A stretch of 62,458 nt of DNA, from assembly GCA_020719385.1 (NCBI GenBank), contig DYQK01000004.1, forward strand, positions 1-62,458. The letters are read 5' to 3'. The position numbers and the translations under genes were made by a program. Below, in pieces: positions 58,640 to 62,458 of this stretch (the stretch's first letter is position 1; every line of letters begins with the position of its first letter). Under the pieces are notes generated by a model. It was not told the origin of the DNA. It saw only the letters and a program-made list of their open reading frames with translations, and ran no database searches. This DNA is from Rikenella microfusus (GTDB taxonomy: Bacteria; Bacteroidota; Bacteroidia; Bacteroidales; DYQK01).

Positions 58640-58670
58640 AACCTTATCAAAAAATTTGATAAGGTTTTTT
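58640..58670 (+). terminator. Terminator (REP-like stem)
   Basis: AACCTTATCAAA...TTTGATAAGGTT followed by a T run. Confidence 0.8.
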
Positions 58671-58763
58671 TGCACAAATTTTATAAAAATTAATTAAATT
58701 TTTTATAAAAACAAATTTTTTCGTATATTTGTAACGTTTAAACTCTCACTCAATAAAATTTTT

Positions 58764-61169
58764 ATGAAAACTATTTTGTTATTTTTGTTATTTTTCACTT
58801 CAAATTTTGTGTTTGCACAAAGAATTTTGTTTGGTTTTGTTACAGATAAATCAGGAAATCCCATTGAAAATGTAAGAGTTTCTCTGATAAATACAAATTT
58901 TCAGACTTTTACAAATATTGAAGGAAAATATTCCATCGAAATTTCTGAAGAAAATAAAATTTTAGAATTTTCGAAAAAAGATTTTCGAACACAAGAACTT
59001 GAAGCGACCAACGAAAAAGAATTGAATGTTACGCTTATTTTGCTTTCTGATGTGAAAGATATTTTTGACCTAAGTTTAGAGGAATTAATGTTGTTGGAAG
59101 TCGTTTCTTCAACGAAATTTGCTCAAAAACAGTCCTCAGCACCGAATGTTATCTCTATTGTGAAAAATGACGCAACGAAAAATTTTGCTTGGCACTCAAT
59201 AAATGATGTTTTGTTTAAGCAAGCAGGTTTTTCCCCGTCTCAAGATTACGACAGAATCACAACGGGGGCAAGAGGAATTCCTGAAGGATGGAATAATAAT
59301 CATCTTTTACTCTTAATTGATGGAATTCCGTTTAACTCGACTTTGTACGGCACGGCTACCACAAACGAATTTACGCCGCTGATTTTTACAAAAACACTCG
59401 AAATTATCAAAGGTCCAGGGTCGGCACTTTACGGCTCGAATGCTACAAACGGCGTTATTACGTTAAATTCCTTCTCGGCAAACGATTTCGAAACAAACAA
59501 AATTTTTGTCAACATTCAAAATGGCGAAAAAAATACAAATTTCTACGATATTTTAGGAATTTTTAAAACCAACCTTCTAAATATTACTTCTTCTTTGAGT
59601 TATTTCTGCACAGACGGCGAGAAATATTCCTCCTTCGACGGTTCGTTAGAAATGGATTCGACTAATCATTTGAAAAAATTTGAACCCCAAAACGAACGAT
59701 TCGGAGGGTATTTTTTTCTAAAAATCGAAGGAAAAGAGAAAATAAAAGGTTTATCGATGCAAATTCACTCACAAATAACCAACACAAAAACAGGACACGG
59801 ATGGCTGTGGAATATTCCCGACAACAACGAAAATATTCGAGATGTTCATAATCATTTTGTTTTGAAATTTCAAAAAAATATTTCTCGAAATTTCAAAACA
59901 GAAATTGTGGCAAAATATTCGTTGCATTTCTTAGATTGGGATATGTGGTATTATCGCAAAGGTGCTTTCGACAATTTTTACCCCAAAGGTGTGAACGAAT
60001 ATCTCAAAACTTCGTTCAATAACATTTTTTTGCGTCTGCAATTTATTTATAAATTGCCTAAAAATGCGGTATTGGTTTGTGCCGCTGAACCCAATTTTTT
60101 TATTTACACAGGTGATAACCAACATTTCTCCAACACAGATTTGTTAAATACGACAGAAGGTTTTCCGCCATTGAACGAAAATCGTTCATTAGGTGCATAT
60201 CTTGAGTTGATAAAAAATAAACCGACCAAAAATATTGGGAGTTTTTTGCAATTTTCGACAGGAGAAATCTTGGGAAAATATTTGCAATTAACCGCAGGAG
60301 TGCGTTATGATATTAATTTTTTCGATTATTCCGATGTTTCGCTTCCCGAAAAACCTGTTAGGTCAAAGAAATTTGATGAAATTTCGCCGCGTGCTTCGCT
60401 TGTCATTGCTCCGACAGAGAAAGTTACGTTAAAAATTCTTGCGTTAACCGCTTTTCGCGCTCCTTCGCCGACAGAATTATTTGGGTACAACACTTGGGCT
60501 ATCGCTTCAAATATCAATGAGTTAAAGCCTGAAAGAATCAAAAGTTTAGAGTTAGCCCTTGATTATAATGTCAATAAATTTCTCAATTTTCGTATCAATT
60601 CATTTTATACTATTTCTGAAGGACAAATCGGTTATAGTTTAGGAAATAATAATTTGAGTACAAATATTTATGATTTAACGAATGCAGGTGTCGAAAGTGA
60701 AATTTTGTTTACCAAAAATAAATTTTCACTTTTTTTGAATGCCACTTTTTTGAAAAAAATTGATGAGAAAATTTTTGAAAATGAACTCGAATATGTTTCG
60801 TTGCACAAAGAAAAACTCACTTGGACTCCGCAAATGACTGCAAATTTGGGTGCTTCGTGGAATATTAAACAATTTCAAGTCTCGCTGCAAGGACATTTTC
60901 AGGATAAAGTGTTGCGAAGAGACAACGATTTTTACTCAAATGACGAATTAGCATCAATGAATTTAACCTCGCAACCGCGGCCAACAGAAGTTTCTGCGTG
61001 GTTTTCGCTTGATATGTTGTTTTCGTACAAATATCGATTTGTGAAATTTGGAATTTTGGGGACTAACATTTTAAATTCGGATAATTATTTAGTGAAAAGT
61101 ATGAAATTCCCATTCGATTATAAAATGGATGGCAGACGAATCGCATTTTTTATACATATTGAGATGTAA
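58764..61169 (+). CDS. TonB-dependent receptor with N-terminal carboxypeptidase-regulatory-like domain
   Basis: Plug motifs L.LIDG, EIIKGPGSALYGSNA..GVI; GVRYD, AFRAPS..EL, LKPE. Confidence 0.9.
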   Translation: MKTILLFLLFFTSNFVFAQRILFGFVTDKSGNPIENVRVSLINTNFQTFTNIEGKYSIEISEENKILEFSKKDFRTQELEATNEKELNVTLILLSDVKDIFDLSLEELMLLEVVSSTKFAQKQSSAPNVISIVKNDATKNFAWHSINDVLFKQAGFSPSQDYDRITTGARGIPEGWNNNHLLLLIDGIPFNSTLYGTATTNEFTPLIFTKTLEIIKGPGSALYGSNATNGVITLNSFSANDFETNKIFVNIQNGEKNTNFYDILGIFKTNLLNITSSLSYFCTDGEKYSSFDGSLEMDSTNHLKKFEPQNERFGGYFFLKIEGKEKIKGLSMQIHSQITNTKTGHGWLWNIPDNNENIRDVHNHFVLKFQKNISRNFKTEIVAKYSLHFLDWDMWYYRKGAFDNFYPKGVNEYLKTSFNNIFLRLQFIYKLPKNAVLVCAAEPNFFIYTGDNQHFSNTDLLNTTEGFPPLNENRSLGAYLELIKNKPTKNIGSFLQFSTGEILGKYLQLTAGVRYDINFFDYSDVSLPEKPVRSKKFDEISPRASLVIAPTEKVTLKILALTAFRAPSPTELFGYNTWAIASNINELKPERIKSLELALDYNVNKFLNFRINSFYTISEGQIGYSLGNNNLSTNIYDLTNAGVESEILFTKNKFSLFLNATFLKKIDEKIFENELEYVSLHKEKLTWTPQMTANLGASWNIKQFQVSLQGHFQDKVLRRDNDFYSNDELASMNLTSQPRPTEVSAWFSLDMLFSYKYRFVKFGILGTNILNSDNYLVKSMKFPFDYKMDGRRIAFFIHIEM

Positions 61170-61225
61170 AATTTTAATGTTATTGAAAATATTTTTTATT
61201 TTTGTGAGTTTAATTTTTCAAATTT

Positions 61226-62311
61226 ATGCGAATAATTTTGTTATTGATACTTTTTTCGATTCTTTTTTTGGAAAAATGTTCGATTTCGAATCAAAATATT
61301 ACGAAAAAAACGAATCTTGACTCTTTGACTCTCGACATTTCGCGCGGCGATGTGCGAATGATGTTTTATAATTGTGAAAATTTGTACGACCCTTTCGATG
61401 ATTCTCTTACAAAAGATGGAGAATTTCTGCCCGACGGCAACAAACGTTGGACGTATCAAAAAATGCAAATTAAATTGCGGCAAATTTGTAAAGTAATTAC
61501 TGCAGTTGGTGGTTGGCAGCCGCCTGAGGTTATTGGGCTTTGTGAATTGGAAAATCGTTTTGTGCTGGAGCAATTAACGAGGAAAACGCCGCTTTCGAAG
61601 TTTGGTTATCAAATTATTCACAAAGAATCTCCCGACCAACGCGGTATTGATGTAGGACTTTTGTATTTGCCTGAAAAATTTTATCCGCTTCATTATCAAG
61701 CAATTACAATTCGTTTTCCGTTTGATACGACAAGAAGAACGCGAGATATTTTGTATGTAAAAGGTCATTTTTTTCATAAAAATGATACGGTGCATATTTT
61801 TGTGAATCATTGGCCCTCAAGAATGGGCGGTCAACTTGAGTCTGAAGAGGGGAGAATTTTTGTGGCAAAAAAAGTTCGCAATATTGTTGATTCTATTCTT
61901 GCGAAGGAAGCTGACGCAAAAATAATTTTAATGGGAGATTTAAACGATTATCCCGTGAATAAAAGTGTTACAGATTTTCTGAAAGCAAAAACGAAATTTG
62001 ACTCAATATCGAATAATGAATTGTATAATTTGTCTTATTATTTGCAGGAAATCAAGGGAATCGGCAGTTATAAATACAACGGAGAATGGGGTATATTAGA
62101 CCAAATGATAGTTTCGGGAGGTTTTTTTACAGCAAAAAATTCTTTACATTTGTCAGTTGAAAATGCGAATATTTTTAGAGCAGATTTTTTATTAATGAAT
62201 GACGAAAACTTTGTCGGAATGCGTCCTTTTCGAACTTACAATGGTTTTAAGTATCTCGGCGGTTTCAGTGATCATTTGCCCGTTTATGTAGATTTATTTC
62301 GAAAAAATTAA
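61226..62311 (+). CDS. Exported endonuclease/exonuclease/phosphatase family protein
   Basis: YN.ENL.D, CE.EN, NHWPSR, GDLND, LD, SDHLP. Confidence 0.9.
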   Translation: MRIILLLILFSILFLEKCSISNQNITKKTNLDSLTLDISRGDVRMMFYNCENLYDPFDDSLTKDGEFLPDGNKRWTYQKMQIKLRQICKVITAVGGWQPPEVIGLCELENRFVLEQLTRKTPLSKFGYQIIHKESPDQRGIDVGLLYLPEKFYPLHYQAITIRFPFDTTRRTRDILYVKGHFFHKNDTVHIFVNHWPSRMGGQLESEEGRIFVAKKVRNIVDSILAKEADAKIILMGDLNDYPVNKSVTDFLKAKTKFDSISNNELYNLSYYLQEIKGIGSYKYNGEWGILDQMIVSGGFFTAKNSLHLSVENANIFRADFLLMNDENFVGMRPFRTYNGFKYLGGFSDHLPVYVDLFRKN

Positions 62312-62319
62312 ACGAAAAT

Positions 62320-62350
62320 TTTGTAAAAAACGATTTTTTTTTTACTTTTG
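62320..62350 (+). promoter_or_regulatory. Consensus promoter for the terminal ORF
   Basis: TTTG (62320-62323), 19 nt, TACTTTTG (62343-62350). Confidence 0.65.
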
Positions 62351-62365
62351 CAAAAAATTTATTTT

Positions 62366-62458
62366 ATGCGAATTGTTAATCCGCTTTATGATACGGCTTT
62401 CAAAGAATGGGAGCGAATTTCAATGGAGTTGATGGAAAAAGAAGAGGAATTGCGTGAG
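62366..62458 (+). CDS. 5' end (partial) of an Rpn-like protein
   Basis: MRIVNPLYDTAFKEWERISMELMEKEEELRE; NP.YD..FK is the usual Rpn/PD-(D/E)XK_2 N-terminal motif. Confidence 0.55.
   Translation, partial: MRIVNPLYDTAFKEWERISMELMEKEEELRE

Noticed and set aside
3041-61810. Many 60-190 aa ORFs nested in or antisense to long genes
   Set aside because: Shadow frames of well-supported CDSs with no recognisable motifs.
1-62458. Circular element joining the terminal Rpn N-terminus to the initial Rpn C-terminus
   Set aside because: No terminal overlap, a direct join is out of frame by one base, and the content (infB, purL, recQ) is chromosomal with no replicon genes.

Overview
Low-GC chromosomal segment from a Bacteroidota (probably Bacteroidales-like) bacterium. 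The assignment rests on recurrent TTTG-N19-TAnnTTTG promoters and three proteins with T9SS C-terminal sorting domains. It is mostly housekeeping and envelope genes: rhomboid, surA, a BamA-like protein, infB, mnmH/selU, an Fe-ADH, U32 peptidase, plsC, aspA, recQ, GT9, trmH, nif3, GT4, purL, a TonB receptor and an EEP nuclease. These are interspersed with small conflict/defence-type genes: Fic, a fused type IIG-like R-M enzyme, two HsdR_N-like PD-(D/E)XK proteins plus a remnant, an MNT-HEPN pair, a DUF6978-DUF1828/1829-like pair, and Rpn-like fragments at both ends. The most notable observations are (1) a seamless nucleotidyltransferase/serine-racemase-like fusion coupled to an output-less Cache-HAMP-GAF-PAS sensor, (2) a cNMP-domain/aspartase fusion, (3) a two-gene cassette whose first gene is frameshifted at an A9 tract, (4) an orphan consensus promoter plus terminator defining a candidate sRNA in the defence cluster, (5) an apparently nuclease-less mini-Rpn, and (6) a 2814-aa T9SS adhesin-like polyprotein with Lys-marked linkers. 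No rRNA, tRNA, CRISPR array or intact transposase was seen. All family calls come from motif recognition by eye, not database searches.
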